This document shows positions 1-13,600 of a stretch of DNA of 64,000 nt, piece after piece; within the stretch, counting starts at the first letter, position 1; every line of letters begins with the position of its first letter. The stretch lies in NCBI GenBank assembly GCA_012026655.1, contig JAAILG010001121.1, forward strand, positions 1 to 64,000. Reading direction: 5' to 3'. Below the pieces are notes generated by a model. That model made no database searches and was not told the DNA's origin. It saw only the letters and a list, made by a program, of their open reading frames with translations. The stretch is from Hydrolagus affinis (taxonomy: Eukaryota). The position numbers and the translations under genes are program-made.

Positions 1-106
1 GGGACTCCAATTTTTATTCAGTGAAATCTGATTTCAAGGCAAGGACTACTTCCACGTTGATTTTTCTCTGAGCTAATTAGTTCTTATTTTACCCTTTCCA
101 TTTTAG

Positions 107-178
107 GCAACAGCAGAAGCTAATAATCTCGCAGCTGTAGCTGCAGCCAAGGATCTGTACAGCAAGCAAATGGAAGTG
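107..178 (+). CDS. ATL1: ATL1 exon (72 nt) [24 protein letters not shown]
   Basis: ttttag| acceptor, |gtaaga donor, phase 0/0. Confidence 0.93.
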
Positions 179-3100
179 GTAAGAGAACTGAATCTCTTTA
201 AAGTTGAGCCATCCCAATTTGACGTTCTTCACTTGCTAAGGTTTAATCAAAATTAGGTGGCAAAACAGTTCTGGAGTAGCTACATACAGCGTTGTTGAAA
301 TGGCAGTTTGTTGTCAGTCTTATCTTGCGAGTTGGAGAAAATGCGAGAATCGCGGAACGAGGAGCAGGTTGTTGCAGCCTATTCTGTCATTTCATTCGGC
401 CCAGGGCTAATATTTTAACACTGTTTCCCTATATTTTCACCACATCACTTACTTTTCAAGTGCTGTGATAACATGGTGTTTAAAATCCATAAACTGCCCA
501 AACGATGGGTTTGACTGCACATGTGAGGAGCTGGCTGACACTCTCCCTGTCTGATCACTGCAATGAGTGGGAAAAAATGTCTGACTTCTGGGTGATTGGG
601 TTACCACTGTCACTGGTATTGGCGGAGACAGGCAATGTGGCAGAGATGGAAGAAAGCAGTGTTGGTGAGGGAGCGGATGTGGTGGTGGGTGGAAGATAAT
701 TAGGGATTGAACCTGACACTTGGGTTTGGAGAGTTTTAAGGACGGTCGGGACGGTGGAGTGGTGACATGCACAGTGAACAGAATCCTCATCGAAATGGTG
801 TTACAACTGAATTTGTGTGATGTGTTAACAAAACTGCACTGCATCTATCACCCTTTTAAACATTGCAATCTACATTTATCAGACAAGGAACAAGTATTAT
901 GATATTCTACATAGAACAGTGTCATTAAATGGGCTTGGATAATGTGAAAGCAATTTTTCACTTCACCAAACCCCAGAATAGATAGTATTCTGGAATGCTA
1001 AAATAAGCTTTTTGATTAATTGTCCATTCAACATCCAACAGAAAAAAGTTTTAACAGGGTCACTTATAAAAACACTTGCACATCTCTGGAGAATATCATT
1101 GTACGAGTTTTTCACAGCAGTTCATTTTTAGAGATTAATGCTTTGTGGAATTAGAAGATAAAACCCATACAAACAGTATTTAAAACACTAAAGAAAGTAA
1201 CTCAGAAATACGTCCATCACCTGCCTGTGGTGCTTTGTTGTGTAAAGTAAAACTGGACCCAACATGTCAGTAGAAAATTTATATCTTTCATCAAGTAATG
1301 CAGTTAGAATTTTTAACTAATTGCATACAATCCTACATAATAACTTCACTGTTCTAACTCAACCAATAGCCCTGTCAAACAAACTCAAAAGACATGCCAG
1401 TTAACATCCTTTGCTCTTGTACAATACTAAAAATGCTCATTTACATATAATATTAAACTGCAAAACTATTTTTCATTAAAAAAACTCTACCTTTTTAAAT
1501 GCATGCCATAATGTGTAGTTATTTCTTCATGACATATTTAATGACTAAATGCCATTTGTTAGATTATAACCCCGTTTCACTTTAGAGCCTAGATTTTGTT
1601 TTTAATAAATCGAACAGTACAAGACATTATGGTTGAAGAACCAGCTATATATCAGAACTGAACGCAAGGTCACAATCCTGTGTTGAACAATAATGCCACA
1701 CAGCTTACAAGAAGCATGCTCAATGGCATCAGAAACAAATCATCATTTTTGTTCTCTTGATGTTTCCTGCTTTCTTGGGGGGCACTCAGATCAAAGCATG
1801 AGATTCAACATGAGAGAGTTTGTCTCCGATCTTATGCAAGTCATCAACCGAGCATTTCATTAACAGTTTTAAATCTTGGACATGCCAACATAAAATAATA
1901 CACCGGTGGTGCAAACATATTTGTAGTACGCCGAGATTATATAGCAAACAATCTAAAAGGTGGTGTGATGGACTTCTGTTTAAAAGGTTTGAATCTGAGT
2001 CTCTTTCAGATGTAATTCTCAATGGTGGGCTAGTTTTTCCAGCTGACATCCAGGCTACGAGACTGAACTCTGTGAACTGACAGAGCATTTCAATCAATCA
2101 CAAAAAAAACTTACATTTATATAACGCCTTTCACGTCGAGAGGACGTCCCTCATACTTGGTTCAGAAGTTTCCAACAGGGCAAAAGCACAGTCACACCAT
2201 CAAGGAAGGTCTCAGAATGTCTGTAGGCAGTGCTGAGTTAGTTTCTCAGTTGAGAGAAAATACAATTAACTTATTTATACATCTGATTGAGAAAGGAAAC
2301 ACAACACCTCTGATTGCTGATGCGTCCAATAAAACATGTTGTCTATGTGTGGACGTCTTGTACACTTGCTTCAATATGTATTTATGTGTTTTCTACAGGT
2401 TTCTGGAGGGGATAGGCCATTCCTCGCACCCAATGATCTCCAAAACAAACACTTGGGACTCAGGGAACAATCCATCAAATTATTTTGTGGTGTTAAGAAG
2501 ATGGGTGGAGAGGAATTTAGTCGTCGTTATCTGCAACAACTAGAAAGTGAAATCGACGAGTTGTACATAAATTACATAAAACACAACGATAGTAAGAACA
2601 TATTCCATGCCGCTCGCACACCTGCCACTCTGTTTGTGGTCATATTTATTATGTATGTAATAGCTGGAGTGACAGGCTTCATTGGAGTGGACATTATAGC
2701 TAGTCTTTGCAACATGGTAATGGGGCTGGCTCTGATTACTCTGTGCACTTGGGCGTATATTAGATACTCTGGAGAATACAGAGAGCTTGGAGCCGTCATA
2801 GACCAGGTAGCAGGAGCCTTATGGGACCAGGTGAGTCAATTGACTTTAAAGTATACTTTTTATTTTTATTTTGTAAGAAGGATTTCTATGTTATTTTTTT
2901 TAATGCAGTACTGAATTATTAAAAACACTGTTAAACCTGAGATTCTCAAAGTTAAGATATTTCATTTCAGTTTGATGGAGAGTTTCAATCTTGTTTCTGA
3001 TCATTTGGGATAAAATTAGCCTGATTTCTATAAATTAATTGCTAGTTAAATTGATGCAATCATGGTTGAACACTTGAATTAACTGTGTTGGTTTGGGATG

Positions 3101-6100
3101 ATGATTGGAATTATAATTGTAATTTAATTTTGTTTTTCATTGCAGTTTGTCGTCATATTTTTGTAATTGTTTAGTCTAAAAGAATTAGTTTGCTTTTAGC
3201 TCTTAAATCTTTAACAACAATTTAGATACTAATTCTTAGTTTTTAAACTGAGAAACTTTTCTTTAGGCCAAAACCCTGGTGCAGGATACAACTAAAGTGA
3301 AAAGAGATGATTTAAATATTGATGTTTAGATGATGTTGAATGTAAGGGGATATAAAGATTGAGGGAGGTAATAACAACAACAAAATTACATTTGTAGAGC
3401 GCCATTCACGTCGGGAGGACGTCCCAATAAGCTCCATTACCTTGAGGCCTCAGGGAAATAAGGAGTTAAAATAGGAGAGAGTACTGGACAGAATAAATAT
3501 GGAAAATATATATACTTTTAAAAGATTGTCTTCAGAACTGTGTGCCTTGGTAAGTTTCAGAGAGCATATGTTGTCATAGTAATTACAACAAATCAGACCA
3601 GAAATAATAATTTCAAGATTTTTTTTAAGAATCATTAAAAGCGTTTGCTTAAGACTGCAATTGCTCTAATGAAAGTGTTGGCTCCAAACCTTTTCTCACC
3701 TCAGCTAGCAATAATTAGTAATAATAATAATCTTTGCATTTGATATAGCACCTTATCACATTGTCGAGAAATCTCAAAGCGCTTCACAGAATATACTGTA
3801 AATTGAATTGATTGTGTATATTTTGTGGACAAAACTGATATTGAGATAGTCTTGTGATTTCTGAGGGTGGCCACTAGATGGAGAGTATTTTGACCAGTTT
3901 CATATGAAAGAAACGCATCTCTTGTTAACAGTGAGCATTTGGGGGAGCAGTGAGCAGTGAACTTTTGGGGAATTTTGTTAAACCTGCATATAACTTTTCT
4001 TTTGAGAATCCAGTCGCATTGAGGATGTTTGCTTTATGTTTATGCTTAAGTGTCTAGATTAGATTTCTCCTTTCAACCTCCCCCTCTCTTTTTCCTTTCT
4101 GCAATTCAATAGGGAAGTACTAATGAGGTAAGCCTCTGGATTCTGCCGATTGGAGCTGAGCAACCACTTTCATCAGCCATTTGCCTGCATTTTGCTTTAT
4201 GGATTTTATTGCTGTGACTAACATGTGAACCCTAGTGTGTGTGTGTGTGTGTGTGTTTTGGGAGATGAGAATTTACAGTGAGATGTTTAAACACATGACA
4301 AAGGTTTTTATGCTTCATCCATTAAGTAATTTTCCAAGCCCCTCAGCGACTTTTGCTAACATCCGTTACAGACTCGATAGCTCTGTGGATAAATGTAGTC
4401 ACTGAGCCCTAGGACCTGATCTGTATTGATTTGCCTGGGATGGTAATAGAGACAATTTGGTCTAGGGAAAGGAACAATTTCCCATTTCTGAATGCTGTTC
4501 AGCGACTCTGCCAAAGATGCATGTGTGGTGATGTCAGGGGAGGAGAGTCAGGCTTGGCTGTGATGCCCACTATAGTAGATTAGCCTGCTGATGTTCAATA
4601 TTAGGCTGAGCCTTAAATAAGAAAAATATCTAATTAATCAAACAGAGTAGCAGAGGCTACTGATGCCCATGGAACTGCATAGCAGCACCAGGCTTCTTTA
4701 AGAAAGAAGGGGGAGAAAATTGGAGAAATCTATAAATTGTTTTGTTTTCAGAACTGTGTGCAAGCTGATTCTGAAAACTGAACCTTCTTGGATAATCAGA
4801 TTTGCATAACAGTGTACGTGTTGGAAGATACTGCGATGTGGCCCAAGTAGGTTAATTTCTAGTTTTTAACAGTTTCTTGTTACTTTTTTTTTTACTAAGT
4901 TAAGGTTAGCTATGATCTTGGCTCTAAATTGTTAATTCTAGGGAGCTATTGAAATGTATTAACAGTGTATTAAAGCTAATTCATAGGACCAAATCAATTG
5001 AATAAATTCAAGCGTTAGTTTTGAAGATATAAAACATATTTAAATGATCGCATTTCAAATTGATTGTGCTTTCCTCACTGTAGCTGTTATTCTCTTGCTA
5101 CAAGGCTAAGCAAGCACCTTCCTTCTAGGGCCCCTGTCCACAATTCTTTATAACCAGGCACTTACAGATGCTGGGTGAGACTGTCTGGGTGACATCCTCT
5201 TAATATTCATTCTCTGAAGCAATTAATATTGCTGTTTTATAGCAATGCTGCAAGCTCATGTCTTATTATCCAACAGTAGTATGAATTAATCCATCCCATT
5301 ATTTTATGTTAAACACAGTTAAACAGACAAGGGAATTGCCATTAACCAAGAAAGAATCACACAATAGTACTTTCTTTGAAGTTTTTGTTGAACATGTTCA
5401 GAACACTAATAATTACTCTGTACATGATGCATTTTGAGTATGATAAATTGAACACATCAAAGCATTAAGTGGATACATTCCTTCTGTGAACAATGAAAAC
5501 TACCTCTCTTAATCCTTTTCTACCTGACAAAACATTACATGTTGGCAATGATTATGTTCATTCAGATACTATAGTCACTTCACTCTCTCTGTCTCCTCTT
5601 CATCCGAGCCAAAACAAAGCCAAATATTGTTTCAAAAGTACACCAATTTGTTAAGTAATCTTTAGAAATTAAATAGAATTCAAGTAAATGCAATACTAAA
5701 GTACTCGCTTGAAAGTGAGCATTAGGATGAAAATAACTTCTATTATACATCATTACTATTATGCCTAAAAAGCAAGCCACATTTCACGTAAATACATTAT
5801 CCTGATATTGATCATTACCTTTGAATCAAAGATTAGAAAAACTAAAAGTTGGAGAAACCCTGTAAAATAATCATTACAATATATATTCACTGGAACAAGA
5901 ATTAAAATTGGTGTTTAATTTTAACTACTAGCGGAGGATGAATTTAGGGTATTCAACATTCAAGCACTTTACTTACTTAAAACCGCAGCTGGTTCCTTCC
6001 GTTTTAATTATTCAAACCACTGTTGTGCTGCAGGGGAAACCAATCACATTTATTTAGATTCAATCTGAATTTCAAGCCCCTGAAGTAGCAGGCATTCAAG

Positions 6101-7125
6101 CCCTTGAGGCAAGAAGCCAACTCTGGCATTTCTCAATCAAGGACTTTTGATGCTTAGACCTACAAAAGCATTATGCATTTCTAATCTGAAAACTGCTTTA
6201 AATTTTCTTTAAAATCATAGGCCGATGAATATCAAGAAAAGGTTGTCCAATTCAACAGATCTAGTTGCAATGCTGCTCAAGTGTCTTGTATTTAGTGAAG
6301 AGCTGATTTAGAATATTCTAGTTTCTTCAGCAAAATAATAATCCTTGCATTTGATGTGCTTTTCACATCTTCTAAATTTCTCAAAACCCTTCACTGAATA
6401 TAAAGTAAAGTGAATTGAATATATTTGTGGGTGAAACGCGGCAGCTAATTGCGCACAGCAATGTCTCACAAACAATTGTGGATTGAGTAATCAAATTATC
6501 CCTCAAAATCTGTCAAGCACCTTCTCTAGTAGTATAGCCAGTAATTAAGAAGTTACAGATATCAAAAACACTGCATTACAGTAACACTATAAAATCGTTC
6601 TTGCGTTAAAACTGTAAAAATGAAGGGTTAGATACAACAGCCTTTGAGACCGTAGGTGTACTCCATTTGGCCATTATGTATTCTTGGTAACAAGAAAATG
6701 CATCTTCATGTTAGTTACTTAAATACTGTTTTCAAAACACTTCTCAGAAAATTACAAAATCCCTCAAAAGACAACATTCACCCTTTATGAATTAAAGGTT
6801 AACCTTGTTGGCCACAAATTCGATAATGGCTTACCAACTAGATAAGCGTTTTGCAAAGGATTATGACACATCCCAGAACAACTCACATTACCAGTTGTCT
6901 GTTTAGAAATTGCTACGGGAATGTATTTGTATCTAAAATTTTACAGTGATTAATATTGCTCTGAACCAATAAACTGTCATTAATCTTGTAATGGTAATGT
7001 GATTTCTCTTCCTAAAGGCTCTCTTCAAGCTGTATGATGCTGCTACAAGCCACAGACACGTATATCACCACACCTTTCCTGCTGCACAGCCAGAAACCAA
7101 CGAAGACACAAGGAAGAAAAAATGA
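107..7125 (+). CDS. ATL1: Atlastin-1, 3' part (spliced: 107-178, 2399-2830, 4113-4127, 7018-7125); 5' exons lie left of the window
   Basis: Four GT-AG exons join in phase 0 to give [15 protein letters not shown]...[22 protein letters not shown]...two TM segments...ALWDQ-GSTNE-ALFKLY...RKKK*, recognisable as the atlastin-1 three-helix bundle, TM hairpin and tail; neighbour SAV1 supports ATL1 over ATL2/3. Confidence 0.95.
505..790 (-). mobile_element. Decayed LINE fragment in ATL1 intron
   Basis: Strand-skewed purine-rich tract typical of an antisense L2 remnant; no intact ORF. Confidence 0.4.
2399..2830 (+). CDS. ATL1: ATL1 exon (432 nt), end of 3HB plus transmembrane hairpin
   Basis: ctacag| and |gtgagt; lies inside ORF 2336-2914; [14 protein letters not shown]...GALWDQ. 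Confidence 0.97.
4113..4127 (+). CDS. ATL1: ATL1 15-nt microexon GSTNE
   Basis: Pyrimidine tract-tgc-aattcaatag|GGA AGT ACT AAT GAG|gtaagc; GSTNE is the known alternatively spliced ATL1 segment. Confidence 0.9.
4236..4256. repeat. (GT)n microsatellite
   Basis: Seen directly. Confidence 0.9.
4370..4730 (+). mobile_element. Ancient SINE-like repeat; related fragments near 13210-13500, 44140-44430, 45480-45640
   Basis: ggcttggctgtgatgccc...tagcctgctga...cccatggaactg...ggggagaaaattgg resembles a diverged chondrichthyan repeat; boundaries approximate. Confidence 0.4.
7018..7125 (+). CDS. ATL1: ATL1 last coding exon [35 protein letters not shown]
   Basis: ttcctaaag| acceptor; TGA at 7123-7125; resembles the human tail ALYKLYSAAATHRHLYH...KKKM. 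Confidence 0.93.
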   Translation, partial: ALFKLYDAATSHRHVYHHTFPAAQPETNEDTRKKK

Positions 7126-7660
7126 TTCATCTGGATTCCCTGGCTGTACAGCTCCATACAAGCTGTTCATTCATTATTATGTGCATTCCCGTTCCACTAA
7201 CCCAAGAAGTGCTGTTTAAATGGAAAAAGCTAAAGATAGCTTGTAAATGCTGGAGAAGCAATGAAATCACGTATCAACAATGAACACTGTGCAGGCTTTC
7301 ACATATACTTCTGTTGCAAATTGTACCGTGCAGATGTGCTGGTTTGCATGATTTTGTTAACTGTGTTGATATGTACGAGTCAAATGTTCTTCCATCAAGA
7401 AAGTACAATTAATTTTTTTTAAAAAACCATTTCAAACACTTTTTTCCTCCCAAACAAAAGTATATTTGTTGTCTTCCACAATAATTTAGTCTAATTTCTG
7501 CATTGTAAATTTAAAATGTTTGATATTTATTGAACGTTAAAGTTTAAAACAGGTTTTCTTCAATTTCACTGTCCTAATAGATCACAAAACAGTATTGTTT
7601 TTAAAACTACAGTTCTGTTCACAGATACACTCGAATGTTTTCACATACACGCACACACAA

Positions 7661-7666
7661 AATAAA
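7661..7666 (+). terminator. Probable ATL1 poly(A) signal
   Basis: First AATAAA after the ATL1 stop, followed by a T-rich tract. Confidence 0.4.
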
Positions 7667-9597
7667 ACATTTTGTTTTATTACCTTATGAAAGCTCGTAA
7701 GAAATCATTTTGGATGGACTACAGATTAGATTTAAATAAGGCACTTTATGTTGACAGCAAAAATATGACTTAGCAAAAAATGCATTACATTCAAAAATTT
7801 ACCAACCTCATCCTTGAAAAAAACGAGTAACTTGTCATTTGTTTGAGACCAGATAATGGGAGTACCTGTATGGAATGGAAATTGAAATTCCAGATAATGT
7901 GGCAGAACAGGAAATTCATCTCAACCCCAAGGGATGAATAAAAAGCTAGACCTGGCTTGACAGTCTCAAAATTCCTCTAATTTCAACCTCGTTAGCCCAT
8001 GCTTAACTAGCAAGTAATAATGCGGAGAAAGTACCTGTGTATCAGAAATGCAGGAAAAAATTGCAACAGAGAACCATATCCAAGAGCAGTTGAGTTTGCA
8101 ATTGGATACTTGTCAATTCATTTATTTCTACAAAAGCTACTTCTAAACCTAAAATTTATTTAAATTCAAGCTTCATTGAACATTCATGTGAGAGCTTTTC
8201 CTAGCTTGAATGATATACAGTACTTTATGTGTTTAAAGCAGGTATTGTAATCCAACATTTTTCTAAGTAAAACTCATAAAGTGTCCAATAGCCCCAAGCA
8301 TAAATACTGAGAATGCATTTATAAATTGTGATTCAATGCCCTCTCTACTAATTACCTAAAGGGTATTTATTGGTTTGAGAAATTTTATATTTTATGCATG
8401 CTCACGTAACTCTAATGTTGCTATTTTCCCCGATTGCTTGATTTTGTAAAAAAAAGCTTCAATATTCCACATGTAGTTAATTCCTATCTTGATTTTCCTC
8501 ATACACTATTTCCACAACTTTCAGTCCTTTATGCAACTTCCACCCAACCCCTCTCAATGAGTTTGTAATTTGGTGTTGTTTCCCACTTTTGTCATTTCAG
8601 ACCTTGCGCTGGTATGAATCTTATCCAATCTTTTAGTTGACAAATACAACCAACTGTAAAGACTTTTGCCGGGCACAGGAACATTGGGCCCATGTTGAAG
8701 CCTCATTAGGGAAGTGGAGGTAGTTGCACCAAATGACTATGAGCCGATCTTTCCTTATATTTGATCTTGGAAACAGCTGGAGAAAAAATGCTGAAAGTAC
8801 GGACCTGCAACAAACCAGTTTCACTAAATCACTTGCTTATAATACTAATACCTTCAACAAAATAAATAGTTTGGTCACTCAAACTACGACATTTTGTGGG
8901 ACACTACTGTGTGCAATTGACTGCTGTTTCACCCACAAAATGTAGTCAATTCACAGTATATTCTGTGAAGCACTTTTGAGATATCTCAAAGTTGTTAAGG
9001 CGCTATATCAAATGCAAGGATTATTATTATGGAAAGAAATCCACAGCACAGAAAATAGCAAACGATCGACAATCACAATGACAAACAAATAATCTTGCAG
9101 GAATAATTTGCATAGGTAGCAAAAACTGATGATTTTTTAATGAAATCACCATAAACGTAACTGATGTGAAGGAATTAACAAAAAATCTTTGGTTATTTTC
9201 AAACCCACAAAATGCCCAACATCCTTGAATAGTCATTTACAAGTGGATGGTTTAAAAAAAATGCTTTTTAAAAATAATTCCCAGCAAACAAAACTTCATT
9301 TTTTGTCCTGAATGTGTTAAAAGTGGCAACAATGTGGAAACGAGGGTTAGCACAATAGTCAGATACCAGAAAATAATATGAAGAATTAGCTATTTCTATG
9401 AGCTTGCTTAGAAAAGTTTTATCTCCAACACCTTTATAATGGTAGCTGGTGTAAAACCAAACCATCATAGACATGGCAAAATTATGAATGGGTCAAGGTT
9501 CCTTATAAACAAAGAACCCAAGTCTTGGAAATAATTGATTGTTCTGGTCAATTATAGGATTTGAAAAAGGGAACACATTTTTAATACAGTAATCAAG

Positions 9598-9603
9598 TTT
9601 ATT
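9598..9603 (-). terminator. Probable SAV1 poly(A) signal
   Basis: AATAAA on the - strand about 800 nt after the SAV1 stop. Confidence 0.4.
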
Positions 9604-10405
9604 TGTATTATAGGTTTACATTATTGCATTAAATAAAAGGATTAATAAATAGCAATCCTGTATGCTAATAAATTGATGAAACCACTTAGTGTGAAATTTC
9701 AAACTTTCATTTTCAATGCATGATATCTATGAAAATAGTCTACTATCAATTTACATTTTTTACAAAAAAAACATGACTCCAGTTAACAGATAACCAGACT
9801 ACAAATTTATCTTGTTGTACACTTAATTCTTTGTAATAGACTTGGAGCCAATCGATCAGGTCTACAATCTTAAAACTGGTTTGTCATGCTTGTAACACCA
9901 ATGATTGTTGGCATATAATAATGGTGTTCAAATATTAAACATTGCTTCCAATGTTAACAAGAAAATCCCATGGAATTTGGCTTTGAATGTAAACAAATAT
10001 TTCAGTTCTCTTATCAAGTCACTGTTGTGTGCTTTAGCTTATTTGATTAAAATTTACTCTTTAAGTTAAATCATTCTTTTAAAAAAAACTCAAACCACAC
10101 ATAAAGCTATAGAAAGCAGGCTTTCTGGTTATAATATTGATTCAGGAGCAAAAATCAGATTTTTTACATAAAGGCATACAAAGGCAGTTAAGTAAACAAT
10201 AATAGAAATATAAAATATTTTGCATCAGGTTGTTGGGAGTTAGAAAGGACAGTCCCCTTTCCCTTCAGAGCTGAATTCATTACCTTATACTGTAATAGGA
10301 AATGAAATAAAAAAAAGTCTCAATTAGATTTTAAAATATTGTCTTTTGAAGGAAAACAAATTTTCTAGTGTTCACATATGCAGGTTATCAAACATTCGCA
10401 GGTTA

Positions 10406-10604
10406 TCAAAAATTCTTGCTATGTTGTGCATACCACTGTTGCCTTTGCTTGCGATTTTCAAGTTCTGAAAGAAGGGCTTGTCTATAAGCCTCATAGGACT
10501 TCACAATCCTTTCCAGTTCCTTCATGAAGAGCAGTTTTAGCATTCCTTGGTAAGTGTCCAGGTCTGCTAGTTGGAAGAGTTCCCATTTCAGAATGTGATC
10601 ATAT
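10406..10604 (-). CDS. SAV1: SAV1 exon 5 coding part, SARAH domain
   Basis: [65 protein letters not shown]; atttag| acceptor. Confidence 0.96.
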
Positions 10605-13600
10605 CTAAATTAGTGATAGAGACCAAAGGTGACCAACTCTGCATGAACATTTTAACCTAAATTAGTTAGTAATTTGAAGTATAGAAATTATGTTAACAGC
10701 ACAATTTTAGCAATAAACTGAAAATCTACATACATAACAGTCTGAAATGTTATTACATTTTAGAATTATTTAATTAATCACTTTCTAAATGCTATATACT
10801 TTTGTTCTAAGAATTCTTGAAATTTGATATAGTGCCTTTTACAGTGGGAATAACATCTCAAAATGCTTCACAGGATTTACTGTAATGTATGGTGACCATA
10901 TTTGTTAGGCAAACATGGCATTCAATTTGCATATAATGTCCCACAAACCCATTTTAAGTAAATGCCTAATTTCATCTGAGATTGTTGCCCAGAACACCAG
11001 AACACCCTTCACTTTTAGAATATCTGTATGGAATCTATAATATCCATCTGAACATACAGATGGGATGTGCCAGGCTGACACTCCTATATTATATATTTTA
11101 AATAATTTTTGGAGATTTTGCATATGCAATGTACTCCAAGGCCAATATAGATTATGCAAGGTTTACTCCAAGGTAGCAGTGTTGCTTTAGACCAGTGGTT
11201 GGCCAATAGAATAATCATGGAAATATCAAAATAGCATTGATTTATGCTATAAATCAAGAAACATTTATTTTGTTGGCCATCGCTGGTTTAGACACTTGTG
11301 GGATTGAGATTTGATTTGGGACGTCCTCTTGATGTGAAAGGCGCTATAAAATGTAAGTTTTGATTGATTGATTGAATAACCTGGAACAAGAGATTTGAAG
11401 TAATAGTAGTGGGCTGAACGAAGTGCACAGAGTGCAGAAATTTGATGGAAGCAAGTAATTTCAGCAGCATCATTTTCCATACAAGTGCTTACTTTACTGG
11501 AGCCCTGGCATAGACCTTCAACCAATCTGGGATCTCTGCAGTGTGGTATGGGTTTGCAGGAACTAGGACGAGCTGGTTTCGATCAGGGGGTCTTGGTTGG
11601 TACGCGACAGGAGGAGGAAGAGGTGGAGGCTGGTCATACCGAGGAACACTGCAAATTAAAGAAATAATTTCAAAAATATTTCCAAAAAAATACAAATTCA
11701 CATGAATGATTCATCGACACAATGCTTCCCGCACACATTTGTACACAACACAAATAAAATGTTCGCCATTGAAATTTCAAAGTGAAAAGTTTGAGATGGA
11801 AGTCAACCAATATGGAACATCATTGCACAATTCAACCATCAATTTGATTCTACTCATACAAACCTTATGACGTAATCTAAAACAAAATTAGATTTAAATT
11901 TTCTTTCACGATCAATAATAATAATCCTTGCATTTGATATAGCGTTTTTCATGTCATCTAGACGTCTCAAAGCACTTCACAGAATATACTGTAAAGTGAA
12001 TTGGCTCTATTTGTTGGTGAAACATGGCACGCCAATTGCGCACAATTGCAACGAGAATAAATAAAGCAGCTTTGATTGTAGAATAAAATTCATTAGTTCT
12101 TTACTATACCTGGGTGCACAGGGATGCTTGTACTGAGCTCGCTTGTTGATATGATCGACATAGTAAACTCCAAATTCGGCCGATTCAACTCTCTCCCACC
12201 CAGGTGGCAAACCTTCTCTTTCAAGCGGATGACTCCAATGAGTTGTGTTAGTATTATGATCTATAAAGTATTTCCTTCCTCGAATAGTCCAGTCTACTGT
12301 CCAACCAAGAGGAAGAGGCATTTCATCAGTACCATAATTTGTCAGGTTTCCTAAGGAAGTTGAAGGAATTCTTCCTATGCCTAAAGCCAAAACGAGAAAG
12401 TGTTAAGCATCATTCATCCATGAGCTAAATTAATAAATGTTAAAATAAGTTAGGATAGCTAGAATGGCACACTATTGACTATGTTTAGTGGCTCCAGAAA
12501 ATAACTGAACTGTTGCTAGAGTAGAGAAAAAAGATCCATAAGATCACATATATATTATAGAGTGAAACATTCTGAAGACCATATCTCCTATAAGACATGG
12601 TGCATCTGGAATTTCCTTCTAAAATCCATGTGAAGACCAAACAAATGGAAGAATTAAACTTGTGCCTTCAACATAATTTCAAATGCTCAACATGCATTTT
12701 CAAATGCACAATTTCAAATTGCTCAACACTTAAACTGAAACATATATACAGCTGGATTTAGTTGATTGTACCCCTCTATAAAAAAAAGCCAAATTGCTGG
12801 CATGGAACAAATGGGAAATTTGAAAGGAGGCAAGCAATTGTTGTGCTAAAAATACCCTTAGAACAACTTTGCCAAAACTAGAATTCAAATGAAAATACTC
12901 CAATAAAAAGCAAATAAAAGTTTAAACTACTTAATCTTTTTACGCCATCTTATCTCTTACAACTAACTCAAAGATTAATTTTCTGTAAAAAAAAACAAAA
13001 CAAAAAGAGCAACTGACTTTTGCAACAAATTCCTTTTTGTTTTCTAACACAATGAAATACGGACATTCAAAAGAATGTTGATCTGGTTCCAACAGAATGA
13101 ATTAGAATGTTTTTAGGTCAACAAATTGCAAAGCATTTATTTACCATTTACTATTTGATCAAAATTTCTCTAAATCTTTCTACCTTCATACTGAAGAGAT
13201 ATCAATGGCTTCTGATGGCTCAGTTCATAAAGCCACTGCCCAATACAGGGAAACCCACTGATAACACTGCCTTGTTTATAAGTGCAGGTCACCGAGTACT
13301 CGTGCTCTCAGCTATACCCAGCTTTCTGCACTAAAAATTAGCCGACTCCCTGATCGAGTATGTTATTGATATCAGTTTTTCAGTCTGTGCAGGCCACATT
13401 GTGTGAGACAGGAACAGATGACAGTGGTGACGTGTCAATCCTGGAGTCAGCCATTAAGCTACTGAATCATCAGATGCACACAATAACGTGGTTGCTCTGT
13501 ATGAAGGAGAATGTTTCAGCAAAAAAATTAATAACCCAATTCAATGTCATGGATGTGTGCAATAGTCAAAACATCACAGATATTGAAATGTGAAATGCAA

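Noticed and set aside
1786-2097. Overlapping ORFs in the ATL1 intron
   Set aside because: No splice context or recognisable protein; the flanking ATL1 exons join in frame without them.
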